Notes: generated from the letters alone by a model not told the origin. Numbered from the stretch's first letter, positions 38,490 through 48,611 are shown. The stretch: 64,000 nt of DNA from Pedosphaera sp. (GCA_031414955.1 JANOQV010000040.1:1-64000); one strand, 5' to 3'. Translations and numbers: made by a program.

Positions 38490-39122
38490 TTACTCGCCGC
38501 GCAGGCGGAAGAATCTATGGGCACCGCCATGGTCGTGGACGGTGATCTCGTGGGGTAGGCTGTCGCCTTCGAAGGAGAGGGGCAGGGTTTCCCAAAGCCC
38601 GGTTCCCAGTGCGTCCGTAGCTTCCAAATACCAGACCTGGCCCTCGGGTGTTTCCAATATCAGATCCACGTCGTGGCCCTGTCCATTGGGCGTCGCGCGG
38701 ACGATTTCGAGGCTTGGCCGGGCGGGTTTGCACACGGGGACAACGAGGATAAAGGGCCGCACACAACACTCGACGAACTCCGCATCGTGCAGCGTGAACC
38801 GCACCGGGACGTTGGTGGGGCCGACGGCGGTGAATTTGAAGACCACGGTCGCGGACTGGCCGAGGGCCAGGGGCGTGGGAAAGGCCAGAATCGGACTGGG
38901 GAGGACGGTGGTGCCCGCCGGCAGATCGTTCAAGGCGAGGTAGGCGGCGGAGGGCAGGGCCTGATTCGTGACCCGCATCGAGCAGACGTAAAGCCCGTTA
39001 CTCAGGCAGCGGATGACGGTGCGGCCCACGTCCAGACACGCGGCGTCGGCCGAAGTGCCCAAGGCGTAAAACACCAAGGCCAAGAACCAGGCCCGCTTTG
39101 GCCATGTCATCAGGGCACGCAT
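38490..39122 (-). CDS. Secreted Cys-rich domain protein with shared C-terminal module
   Basis: Signal peptide; CL...I.CLSN...LHD.EF.ECC domain homologous to the neighbouring gene; ends HRFFRLRGE. Confidence 0.75.
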   Translation of the reverse strand: MRALMTWPKRAWFLALVFYALGTSADAACLDVGRTVIRCLSNGLYVCSMRVTNQALPSAAYLALNDLPAGTTVLPSPILAFPTPLALGQSATVVFKFTAVGPTNVPVRFTLHDAEFVECCVRPFILVVPVCKPARPSLEIVRATPNGQGHDVDLILETPEGQVWYLEATDALGTGLWETLPLSFEGDSLPHEITVHDHGGAHRFFRLRGE

Positions 39123-39190
39123 GGGAAATTCAGAAACCGATCCCGGCCCGCTGCCGGAGCAGCGGGCCGGGTGGAACTGAAGCGAGTGCT

Positions 39191-41479
39191 TCAATACCGG
39201 ACGCGGTAGAACCGTTGGGTGGCACCGGAAGTATCCTGAACGGTGATGACTGAACCGGTGCCGTTGATCGTGCGCAGCAACTTCCAATTGGTTGGGTTGA
39301 GCGAGTCGGTGTATTCAAGCCAGCAGGTGGTGCCGACCGGGGGGGCGAACCTGAACTCAGGCTTGCCGTTGACGAATTTCGGCAGCGCGACCGCCGCGCC
39401 ATCCGGTGTGCCCGCACTGGCGGTGAACGATCTCAGGAACGAGGCGCCGAGAATATCCAGATCCCCATCGACCGGCTCCACCGTGGCCAGCAGATTGTGC
39501 GTGCCACCGGCCACGCCTTGGAGCGAGAACGAGAACGACCCGTCCTCGGGATGTGCGTGACCCACTTCTTCCCCGTCCAGATCGAAGGAGACTTCCCGCA
39601 CCATGTCCCGCACCGAGGTGAGGGTCGTGCCCAGAGTGCCGGCCACGCTCACAGTTCCTCCGGAGACCGTCCCGTCGCCCGTGGGATCTATGATGATGAT
39701 GGGGGTGAAGAGGGCGGTGCGCCGGCGGGAGCAGCAGTGCCGGAAGCCCGAATCGTGGGCCGACACGATGAACGACCAGGTGCCGGGAGGCGCGGTGACG
39801 TTGACGCAAATGGTGGTGGAAGTCGTGAAGGGCGGGATGTTCACCGGGACGATGGGCGGAGAGAAGGTCGGCGGACTGCCGGCCGGTGTGCCGACCAGAT
39901 ACAGATAGCTGATGGTGTTGGTGGTTTCGTTATACCACTGGAAGCAGTAGCTGTAATTGTTGCCTGAGAGGTGTTTGATGCTCTCCTTGAGCACCGTGCC
40001 GCAGCATTCGGGCAGGGTGATGCAATGATCGGTGGCGCAGCACTGGGCGAAGGTTTCGTTATGCACCGCGATGGTGAAGCAGAGGTCGTGCGCCGCCGTG
40101 CCGCTGAAGCAAATCGTCACGTCCAGCGTGAAACTCCCGCCGGCCGGCACGGGGGTGGGCAGGGCTACAATCGGGCCGCCTTGCACGGTCACGCCGGGGG
40201 GCAAGGAGGGGAAGGAGACGTAACTGATGCTGTTGGTGAAATTGTTGGTGATGGAAACCCGCCAGCGGTAGCAGTTGTTGCTCAGGCAAGTGATCACTTC
40301 GCGGCCGAAAGTGAGGCAGCCGCCGCCTTCCCAAATCTTCTGCACCGTCTCGGAATAGTTGGTCACGCCGAGCGCATTCACCCAACTGGAGGTGATCAGA
40401 TCCGTGCCGGGGCCGCCATTGCCGGTCCAGGTGAAACAGGCCACGCCGCCGGGGCCGGTGACGGCCGTGCCGGTGAGCGGCGCATTCGGCCCGCTCACGA
40501 TGGTGAAGGTGACGGTCGTGCCGACCACTGGGCCGGAGTTGTTGGTGACCGTGGCGCAGACGGTGTGGGGCGTGTTGAGCGCGTTGGTGGCAATGGGCGG
40601 GCCAAGGTGGATCGTGCTGATGACGGTGACATCCTTGCCGCGCACGAGAATGTAAGGGACGCCCTGGGAGCCGTCCGAGGCGTTGAAAGTGCCGTTGGTG
40701 AGCGCGATGGCGAGCACGACGAAATTGGCCGGCCACACATCAAATCCTTCGTGGGTGGAGCAACCCCAGTTGCTGAGTTCGGCGTCTGTCAGGGCCGGAG
40801 CAGCGGTGAACACAGGATGGGTGGCGACTTGATGGCAAAGGTTGAAGCATACCCCGGGATAGTTACGCACCATGAACGTGCCGAAGGTGGTCAGATGCGG
40901 CACCAGCGTGGGCACCGTCGCGGGTGCCGTGTAGTCATAGTAACAACTAAGTGCGTAGTAGAGACCGGTCTGTGTCGCATCCGCGATGGCGAACTGGATG
41001 CCACGCTCCAGAGTTTTGGTCGCGCCCACTTGGGAGGGCGAGTGTAGGGCGTTGTCCACGCCTTCCAGAATCACATTGCCCGTGACCTGCGGACCCCAGG
41101 TCAGTTTCGTGGCGTTCAACACGCTCAATGCCGTGGCGTAGCCCGGCGCGCTGGTGCCGCAATCCGGATCCCCAAGGATGATGGCCCGGTATTGGTTGAA
41201 GCCAAAACCGGTCGGACCGCCTAGTCCGGTAGCCGGGATGCTGGACCATTGCGCCGCCGTGGCGATGTCCACGGCCAGGCCCAGGGATAGGGCGAAAACA
41301 GCCTCCTCGCTCGCGATACCGCCGCTGACAAACTCATCAAGGATGAGCACCCGGTTCAATGGCGCCGCAGAAGCGCGCATGGGTGTGAAGGCGAGAGCCA
41401 GCGCGGCCAGCAGACACAAGCAAAGGCTGGGTGCCGAAAAAGCAGTCCGGTAGGGACGGTTAGGAGCGTTATTTTTCAT
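39191..41479 (-). CDS. Secreted multidomain protein (Big-1-like Ig, two Cys-rich domains, shared C-terminal module)
   Basis: Signal peptide; HTVCATVT...G.TVTFT..GPN...G.A.F; ends QRFYRVRY. Confidence 0.82.
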   Translation of the reverse strand: MKNNAPNRPYRTAFSAPSLCLCLLAALALAFTPMRASAAPLNRVLILDEFVSGGIASEEAVFALSLGLAVDIATAAQWSSIPATGLGGPTGFGFNQYRAIILGDPDCGTSAPGYATALSVLNATKLTWGPQVTGNVILEGVDNALHSPSQVGATKTLERGIQFAIADATQTGLYYALSCYYDYTAPATVPTLVPHLTTFGTFMVRNYPGVCFNLCHQVATHPVFTAAPALTDAELSNWGCSTHEGFDVWPANFVVLAIALTNGTFNASDGSQGVPYILVRGKDVTVISTIHLGPPIATNALNTPHTVCATVTNNSGPVVGTTVTFTIVSGPNAPLTGTAVTGPGGVACFTWTGNGGPGTDLITSSWVNALGVTNYSETVQKIWEGGGCLTFGREVITCLSNNCYRWRVSITNNFTNSISYVSFPSLPPGVTVQGGPIVALPTPVPAGGSFTLDVTICFSGTAAHDLCFTIAVHNETFAQCCATDHCITLPECCGTVLKESIKHLSGNNYSYCFQWYNETTNTISYLYLVGTPAGSPPTFSPPIVPVNIPPFTTSTTICVNVTAPPGTWSFIVSAHDSGFRHCCSRRRTALFTPIIIIDPTGDGTVSGGTVSVAGTLGTTLTSVRDMVREVSFDLDGEEVGHAHPEDGSFSFSLQGVAGGTHNLLATVEPVDGDLDILGASFLRSFTASAGTPDGAAVALPKFVNGKPEFRFAPPVGTTCWLEYTDSLNPTNWKLLRTINGTGSVITVQDTSGATQRFYRVRY

Positions 41480-41929
41480 ATGAGTCGGGTTTGAATATTT
41501 TCAACCAAGCCCACCCACGAAGAAGCTAATCCTAAGGTTGCGCACGCTTGATTACTTTGGTTTGTCTTTCTTTTGCCAAGACTTGGCAAGGCATTTTTCG
41601 CGAAAGGACCACCGCCGGGCGGGACACCACGGATCCAGATCCGGCGCGGACGCTCGCCGCCACATTTTCTGGTGCGGGTGCCCCATTGCACCCCTCTGTG
41701 GGCCTCTCTGGCTTTTTTTCAGTGAACGGGAAAAATGACGAAGATGAATCTGAATTGCGGCGGATCCAATTCAGGAGGCGGACGGAGGGTAGAGGGTGAA
41801 TGGACGCGGTCTCGGCGGGGCGCAGCTGGGAAGAGCCATCGGTGCGACGGGTCGTGCGATCGTGGCGGTCGTCGGTCTGCGCGCCGTTTCCATTGCGCCG
41901 CGACCGGGCTTTGAATTACAAACTTCTCC

Positions 41930-43882
41930 ATGCGATTCCCACTCGTCCTGGCTGTGTCGTTGAGCGTGCTGCAATGCTTCGGCGCAGAGCCACCCGCGCT
42001 GCCCGTCGGCGTCGTCAATACTCAAAATCCCAAGGACGCACCGCTCGCGCCGGCCGAGGCGCTCAAGCGCATGACGATGCCCGAGGGGTTCAAGGCCACG
42101 CTCTTCGCCGCCGAGCCGGACGTGATGCAGCCCATTGCCTTCGACTTCGATGACCGCGGGCGGCTCTGGGTCGTGGAGTGCTTTTCCTATCCTGACTTCA
42201 AAGTGCAGAACCGCGACCGCATTCTCATCTTCATCGACCGGGATGGCGACGGTCGCTTCGATGAGCGCAAGGTATTCCTCGACCACGGAAGCCGACTCAG
42301 CGGCCTCACGCTGGGCTTCGGCGGCGTGTGGGTGACCAGCGCGCCCAACCTGTTGTTCTATCCCGACGCCAATGGCGATGACGTGCCGGATGGTGAACCG
42401 ACGGTGATGCTCGACGGCTGGACGCTCAAGGCCGGTCACAACATGGTCAACGGTCTGGTCTGGGGACCGGACGGCTGGCTCTACGGACGGCACGGCATCA
42501 CGACGCACTCGATGGTCGGCCAGCCCGGCACGCCGGAGAGCGAGCGGGTGAAGTTGAGCTGCTCCATCTGGCGCTATCATCCGGTGAAAAAACTTTTCGA
42601 GGTCGTGGCCAACGGGACGACGAATCCGTGGGGGCTGGACTGGGACGACAACGGCCAGCCGTTTTTTTCCAACAACGTCATCGGGCATCTCTGGCATCTG
42701 GTGCCCGGCGCGCACTACAAGCGGATGTTCGGCGAGGATTTCAATCCTTACGTTTATCAACTGATGGAGCAGACCGCCGATCACCTGCATTGGGCCGGCG
42801 GTGAATGGCAGAAGTCGCGCACGGGGCAGGGCGATCTCGGCGGTGGACACGCGCATTCCGGCGGAATGATTTACCTCGGCGACAACTGGCCCGCGTCTTA
42901 CCGCAGCCGGATGGTCATGGCCAACATCCACGGCAACCGATTGCTCTCCGATCAACTGGAGCGCCAAGGCTCCGGCTTCGTCGCGAAGCACGGCGGCGAT
43001 TTCCTCATGGCGAATGATTCGTGGTTCCGTGCGCTCCAGGCGGGCTACGGTCCCGACGGCGGCGTGTTCGTAAGCGACTGGAATGATTTCGGCGAATGCC
43101 ACGACAGCGATGGTTCCTACCGTGCCAGCGGACGCATCTACAAAATCACTTATGGCAACACCAAACCGGCGGGCGATCTCGATCTCGCCAAACTCACCGA
43201 TGCCGAGTTGGTGAAGCTGCAACTGCACCCGAACGACTGGTACGTGCGCCACGCGCGGCGCCTGCTCCAGGAGCGGGCCGCCATTGGGAAACTGGGTGCC
43301 GGCGCGCACGCGGCCTTGACCCAGATCGTGCGCGGCAATGCCGACGTGCCGAAGAAATTGCGCGCGCTGTGGGCCTTGCACGCCACGGACGGACTTGAGC
43401 CGAGTGTCCAGCCAGCGGTCCGACTCCAGAAACAGCCGCTGGACTTGCGCGGACCGCGACTGATTGGGGCAACGCCGTCGCCTCTGCTCATGGAGTTGCT
43501 CGGACACAAGGACGAGAACCTGCGCTGGTGGGCCGTGCAATTGTTGTGCGAGGGAAAGAGCGCGCCGGCGGACGTGCTGCAAAAATTCGCCCTGATGGCT
43601 CGCGAGGACCAATCGTCCTTCGTGCGTCTCTCCATCGCCTCGGCCTTACAACGGCTCCCGCTGGCGAACCGATGGACCATCGCCGAGCGTCTGGCCGAAC
43701 ATGCCGAGGATGCCACCGACCCGAATCTGCCCTTGATGATCTGGTATGCCATTGAGCCAGCGGTCCCGGGCAGCCGTGCCGAGGCGCTGCGCTTCGCCGG
43801 TCGCACGAAAATCCCACTCCTGCGCGAGTTCATCGTGAGGAGACTGGCCGCCGCCGCGCCCGCTCCGGTCTTGGAAAAGTGA
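41930..43882 (+). CDS. PVC-type membrane-bound dehydrogenase-domain protein with HEAT-like repeats
   Basis: PEGFKATLFAAEPDV.QPIA..FDDRGRLWV, D.DGDG..D, WGPDGWLY, NPWG.DW, GRIYKI; no CxxCH seen. Confidence 0.85.
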   Translation: MRFPLVLAVSLSVLQCFGAEPPALPVGVVNTQNPKDAPLAPAEALKRMTMPEGFKATLFAAEPDVMQPIAFDFDDRGRLWVVECFSYPDFKVQNRDRILIFIDRDGDGRFDERKVFLDHGSRLSGLTLGFGGVWVTSAPNLLFYPDANGDDVPDGEPTVMLDGWTLKAGHNMVNGLVWGPDGWLYGRHGITTHSMVGQPGTPESERVKLSCSIWRYHPVKKLFEVVANGTTNPWGLDWDDNGQPFFSNNVIGHLWHLVPGAHYKRMFGEDFNPYVYQLMEQTADHLHWAGGEWQKSRTGQGDLGGGHAHSGGMIYLGDNWPASYRSRMVMANIHGNRLLSDQLERQGSGFVAKHGGDFLMANDSWFRALQAGYGPDGGVFVSDWNDFGECHDSDGSYRASGRIYKITYGNTKPAGDLDLAKLTDAELVKLQLHPNDWYVRHARRLLQERAAIGKLGAGAHAALTQIVRGNADVPKKLRALWALHATDGLEPSVQPAVRLQKQPLDLRGPRLIGATPSPLLMELLGHKDENLRWWAVQLLCEGKSAPADVLQKFALMAREDQSSFVRLSIASALQRLPLANRWTIAERLAEHAEDATDPNLPLMIWYAIEPAVPGSRAEALRFAGRTKIPLLREFIVRRLAAAAPAPVLEK

Positions 43883-43945
43883 TCCAACTCGGCGCTTGCC
43901 AGGCGCAGGGCCGATCTTCACTCTCGGGCCAACTCGCACACCATT

Positions 43946-44770
43946 ATGAACATGCCATTCAAGTTACGTTCGCTCTTGCTCTTCACGTTTCTCGCCTCGG
44001 CACTGGCCGGACACTGCACGTACCTGACGCTCGAAGGCACGGTGGGGTGGCGAACTTCTGGAGACTACATCACCATCACGGCCGACCAGGTGGTGAACAA
44101 CGAGTCTGGCGGAGCGAGCGGTTCATTGCGCCTCAGGGTCTGGGCCACGACCACTCCTTATGGGGGCGGTTATATTTCCGGCTACGTGATGGGCACTCGA
44201 TCTTTCCGCAGCGTGCTGGAAGGCGGCTACTATTTTTACGACATTAGCGGGACGGTTGCTTATCACCGCCCGCCCGCCGGCCAGTACTACACCACCATGA
44301 CCTTGGAGGAATACGACGGCGGAACCTGGTGGATCGTCGATTATCGGACTTTCGACGGCCTTACCAGTTTTGGCGGCGCGGGCGGCAGCGGCGGGACGGG
44401 AGGTGGCTACAACGGTGATTTGAATCTCGAGGGCACCGTCTCCTGGTCGTCGCGCGGTTCCTTGGTCACGCTCCGGGCCGGCGAAATCTCCAATGACCGC
44501 GTCTCCGGTCGCAGCGGTTCCTTGCGTTTGCGGCTCTGGGCCACTTCCACGCCCTATGAGGGCGGGACTATTCGCGGTTACATTATGGGCACCAAGAGTT
44601 TTCGCGCGCTTGATGCGGGCTATTATTACTACGACATCGCCAAGACCGTCACCTTCACCCGGCCGCCGCGTGGCTACTACTACACCACGATGACCCTGCA
44701 AGAATACAGCGGGGGCCGATGGTACATCGTCGATTACGTCACCTTCTCAGGGCGCACTAGGTTTAACTGA
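43946..44770 (+). CDS. Secreted protein with two copies of an unknown ~120-aa domain
   Basis: Signal peptide; repeated SGSLRLR.WAT.TPY.GG...GY.MGT...RPP.G.YYTTMTL.EY. Confidence 0.8.
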   Translation: MNMPFKLRSLLLFTFLASALAGHCTYLTLEGTVGWRTSGDYITITADQVVNNESGGASGSLRLRVWATTTPYGGGYISGYVMGTRSFRSVLEGGYYFYDISGTVAYHRPPAGQYYTTMTLEEYDGGTWWIVDYRTFDGLTSFGGAGGSGGTGGGYNGDLNLEGTVSWSSRGSLVTLRAGEISNDRVSGRSGSLRLRLWATSTPYEGGTIRGYIMGTKSFRALDAGYYYYDIAKTVTFTRPPRGYYYTTMTLQEYSGGRWYIVDYVTFSGRTRFN

Positions 44771-44811
44771 GCCTCGGTCGAATTCCCCTCGGCTCGGCAC
44801 GTCGGATTGAC

Positions 44812-45636
44812 ATGTCGTTGCGCAGATTACTCAGCCCGTTGCTTTGTCTGGCCTTTGTTGTACTGGCGGTTTCGCTTCCGGCCCAGGAGATCGATCTCGT
44901 CGGCAGCAACAGTTGGTGGAAGGTGGGAGCCACGCTCCGCATCTCCGCCGAGCGGGTGGAGAATCTGCGCGAGGCCGGAACGAGCGGCAATCTGCGGCTG
45001 CGCATCTGGGCCACGGATGAGATCGACGACGGCACTAATGACCTCACGGGCTTCGTGCTGGGCACTTCCAATCTTCGTCCATTGCCGGCTGGTTACGCCT
45101 ACGTGAATCTGAGCCGAGTAGTTCGCTATAATCGTCCGCCGCCCGGCCTCTATTACACGACCATCACCCTGGAGGAGAACACGGTGGACGGGTTCTTCAT
45201 CGTCGACTCCGAGAATTACCCCGGCCTCGTCAACCTGGGCCGCTACGGCTACGGCGCAGTGGAAAATCTCGGCTCGAACGGGGACGTTGGTTTTGTTGGC
45301 GACGTCATCTGGCTGGCGGGGAACGGACGGGTGAGGTTTTACACCGAGGAGATGCTGAATCAGCGCGTGAGCGGGCGCAGCGGCGTGCTCCGCATCCGCC
45401 TATGGGCGACCGCCACGCCGTACGACGGCGGGCCGTTGCTCCAAGGCTATCCGATGGCCACGCGCGGAGTAGGGAGGCTGTCGGCTGGTGGTTCGATCCC
45501 GCTGTTCGCTCGCTCGGCCTTGTTCCGCGCGCCGCCCACGGGCGAGTATTACGTGACGATGACGCTGGAGGAACTCGTGCCGGGCGGTTGGAACATCGTG
45601 GATTACGTGACCTTCCCTGAGACGAGCCTCTTCTGA
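44812..45636 (+). CDS. Tandem paralog of 43946-44770
   Basis: Same duplicated SG.LR.R.WAT...PP.G.YY.T.TLEE domain; signal peptide. Confidence 0.8.
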   Translation: MSLRRLLSPLLCLAFVVLAVSLPAQEIDLVGSNSWWKVGATLRISAERVENLREAGTSGNLRLRIWATDEIDDGTNDLTGFVLGTSNLRPLPAGYAYVNLSRVVRYNRPPPGLYYTTITLEENTVDGFFIVDSENYPGLVNLGRYGYGAVENLGSNGDVGFVGDVIWLAGNGRVRFYTEEMLNQRVSGRSGVLRIRLWATATPYDGGPLLQGYPMATRGVGRLSAGGSIPLFARSALFRAPPTGEYYVTMTLEELVPGGWNIVDYVTFPETSLF

Positions 45637-45709
45637 TTTTGCCAACGGAGCAGAGCGCGAAAGAATGTCTGCGCTACTCGGGTGCGTCTTCAGATTCAGT
45701 CGCAGCGCG

Positions 45710-45884
45710 GCGGCAGAAAGTAGCCCACGGCGCAAGCCGTGGATCTGCGGGCGGAAAGAAACCAGCCCCAGGGGGGCGCAAGAAAAACTCTCCCACCAGG
45801 ACGGGGCTTCTGCCGCCCCGCTGGGGCTGAGGCCATCCCGAACCATCATACCCACGGCTTGCGCCGTAGGCTACTTTCTGCCGC
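45710..45884. repeat. REP/MITE-like nested palindromic element
   Basis: 33-bp inverted repeats (45710-45742 and 45852-45884, one mismatch), each with the hairpin CCACGGCGCAAGCCGTGG; inner imperfect IR CAGCCCCAG.GGGGCG. Confidence 0.8.
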
Positions 45885-45927
45885 GCCTATCGCGCTGGTA
45901 TATTTTGTGAACGCGCTCCGCTGAAAC

Positions 45928-48441
45928 TCACTCGTTGGAGATCTGCTTCAGGAGGCGTTGTTTGGTTTGCTCGGGCAGGGGAGCGGTGGCGAGCCAGGCC
46001 TGGGCGGCCGTCGGATCCTGGCGAATCCAGTTGGAAGCGATGTTCTCCATGCGGCTGGTGCGCTGCCGTTCGTCGGTCATCTTTTCGGCCCAACCCGCCG
46101 CCGTTTTCGGATCGGAGTAAGTGAGGTTGCTGACCATGGCGTTGACCGCGCTTTCGCGGGCCGGCCCCTCGGGAAAAGTTTGAATCCACGCGCCGGCCCC
46201 GGTGGGATCGACCCGGCCCCAGGCTGAGATGACATTCCCGACGGCTTCATCGCGCATGGTGCCGGCGGGGAACCCGGCCACCCAGGCGGCGGCAGATTGC
46301 GGATCAGAATTGGCCCAAGTCGAGACGACGGAAGAAACGGCGCGGCGCTGACCATCGCCGTCGGGTAATCCGGCGACGTAAGTGGCGGCGGCCTGCGGGT
46401 CGTTGTTGGCCCAGCCGCTGACCACGGAGCCGAGCACGTTGTTCTTGGCCGTGCCGTCGGGCAACTTGGTCGCCCAGGCGAGGGCGGTGTCGGGATCGGT
46501 CGAGGCCCATTGGCTGGCCACGCTGGAGAGGAAGTTGTTGCGCGCATTGCCGGCGGGCAGCGTCTCGGCGAAGGCGGCGGCGCCCTGCGGATCATTTTGC
46601 GCCCACTGGTGACTGAGATTGTTGAGCGCGCTGTTCTTGCCCGCGCCCTCGGGAAGTTTCTTCACCCACTCGACGGCTCCGCTCAGATCGGAACTGGCCC
46701 ATTGCGAAGCCACGCTGCTGATCATTTCATTTTGCGTCTGGCCGGCGGGCATGGAGAGGGCGAGTTCGGCGGCGGAACTCGGGTTGGCGCTGGACATGCG
46801 GTACATCATGTTGCGTGCGGCGTCGCGCTGGGCTGGTCCAGCGGGCAAACCCTTCACCCAGGCCATCGCGCCCTCCAGATCGGTGTAAGACCACTGGCTG
46901 GCGAGGCTGCTGATGGCGCTGTTCTGCGCCGAGCCGGGCGGGAGCGTCATCACGAATTCCGACGCGGCCTTCGGGTCGGTGGAACCCCAAGAAGAAATCA
47001 CCTGGCTCATCGCACTGTTGCGTCCCTGGCTGGGTGGCAGGGCTTGGGCCCATTTTAACGCGGCACTGGGATCGTTGTTGGCCCACTGGCTGACCACGGA
47101 ACTGAGCAGGTTGTTTTTCCCGGTGCCGGCGGGAAGGTTTTGCACGTAGGCGGCGGCGGCATCCGGCGCGGTGGCTGCCCAGGAGGAGACGACGTTCTGG
47201 AGCGCGCTGTTACGCGTGGAGCCGGCGGGCAATGTTTCGGCCCATTGCCGGGCGGCGTTCACATCCGTGGCCGCCCATTGGCTGGCGAGGGAGTTGACGA
47301 GCGAGTTCTTGTTCTGCCCGGCAGGCAGGTTCTGGATGTAATCGCGCATGCCCTGCGGATCACTTTGCGCCCACTGATGGCCGATGTTGCCGTAAGCGCT
47401 TTGTTTGGTCTGGCCCTCGGGCAGTTTTTGAATCCAGGCGAGGGCGGAGGGCAGGTCGCTGTTGGCGAGTTGCGAGGCGATGCTGCTGATGGCGCTGTTG
47501 CGAAGTTCGCCCGGGGGCAGGGAGGCGGCGAAGTCCGCGGCCAGCTTCGGATTGGCCGTGGCCAGGCTGTACATCATGCTCTGCATGGCCTGCTGTCTCT
47601 TGGTGCCCTGCGGCAGGCTCTTCACCCAGGCGATGGCGGCCTCGGGATCCTTCTGCGCCCATTGCGAGGCGATGGAGCCAAAGACGTAACTGTCGCGGCC
47701 GGTGCCGAGGGTCATGGCGGCCTTGGCCGCGCCCTCGGGATCTCTTTGCGCCCACTGGGAGAGAATCGTGCTGTAGAGCTGCGCCTTGTTGCCCACGCCG
47801 GGCAGGCTGTCGGCCAAAGCCATCGCTTCCTGCGGATTGTTGGCGGCGATGCCGGCGATCAACGACTGGAGAGCTTGGGTGCGTTCCTGTCCGGCGGGGA
47901 GCGCCTGGGCGTAAGCCGACGCGCCGGCGGGATCGTGCTCGGCCCAGACCGCGATCACGCTTTGCAGGGCGCTGGTGCGTTGGTGCGAAACCGGCAGGGT
48001 TTTGGCGTAGGCCAGCGCGGCCTTGGGATCGAGCGCGGCCCAGCGCGTGATCAATCTTTGGGAGACGACGTTGCGCGCTTCCATCGAGTGATGTTTGGCC
48101 ACGATGTTCAGCGCCTCGGCAATGTCCGCGTCATCGATCCGGTTGCCCAGCTCCATCATGGACATGTAGCGAGTGCTTTGGGATTCCCGCAACACCTTCT
48201 CCAGGGCGAGCGGCAGTTCGGCGATGGAAACGCGCCCGGTGGTCTTGAAGGTCGGCTCGCGGGGCGGTTCGGCGGGGCGCAGCGTTGCGAGCGAGGTTTT
48301 GGGCGGCGGTTTGGGTTCGGCCAGTTCCAGCGTGGCGGCGGACGGGGCCACGGGCGCGACCAGTTTTCCACCCGCGACTAGGCCGACGCCGAGACCGGCC
48401 GCGAGACCAACGACTCCAAAGAACAGGGCGCGTGCATTCAT
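45928..48441 (-). CDS. Membrane-anchored alpha-solenoid repeat protein (~22 repeats of ~32 aa)
   Basis: N-terminal TM segment; repeat WA..DP.AA..W...LP.G..R/KN.A...V... Confidence 0.88.
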   Translation of the reverse strand: MNARALFFGVVGLAAGLGVGLVAGGKLVAPVAPSAATLELAEPKPPPKTSLATLRPAEPPREPTFKTTGRVSIAELPLALEKVLRESQSTRYMSMMELGNRIDDADIAEALNIVAKHHSMEARNVVSQRLITRWAALDPKAALAYAKTLPVSHQRTSALQSVIAVWAEHDPAGASAYAQALPAGQERTQALQSLIAGIAANNPQEAMALADSLPGVGNKAQLYSTILSQWAQRDPEGAAKAAMTLGTGRDSYVFGSIASQWAQKDPEAAIAWVKSLPQGTKRQQAMQSMMYSLATANPKLAADFAASLPPGELRNSAISSIASQLANSDLPSALAWIQKLPEGQTKQSAYGNIGHQWAQSDPQGMRDYIQNLPAGQNKNSLVNSLASQWAATDVNAARQWAETLPAGSTRNSALQNVVSSWAATAPDAAAAYVQNLPAGTGKNNLLSSVVSQWANNDPSAALKWAQALPPSQGRNSAMSQVISSWGSTDPKAASEFVMTLPPGSAQNSAISSLASQWSYTDLEGAMAWVKGLPAGPAQRDAARNMMYRMSSANPSSAAELALSMPAGQTQNEMISSVASQWASSDLSGAVEWVKKLPEGAGKNSALNNLSHQWAQNDPQGAAAFAETLPAGNARNNFLSSVASQWASTDPDTALAWATKLPDGTAKNNVLGSVVSGWANNDPQAAATYVAGLPDGDGQRRAVSSVVSTWANSDPQSAAAWVAGFPAGTMRDEAVGNVISAWGRVDPTGAGAWIQTFPEGPARESAVNAMVSNLTYSDPKTAAGWAEKMTDERQRTSRMENIASNWIRQDPTAAQAWLATAPLPEQTKQRLLKQISNE

Positions 48442-48611
48442 AGATTGAAGACCGGGCCGCAGCCTAGCAGCCGGCCCCAGGCGGTCGCAAAGAAATTGAG
48501 GCCAAACCAAACGAAACGCCGCGTGGCCTGGAATCTGGAAATGTTGCGCGCTCTCCACGGACCTGACCGCGCGTGCTTGAACCTCGAGGCCATGCCTCCC
48601 CAGGCCGACGC

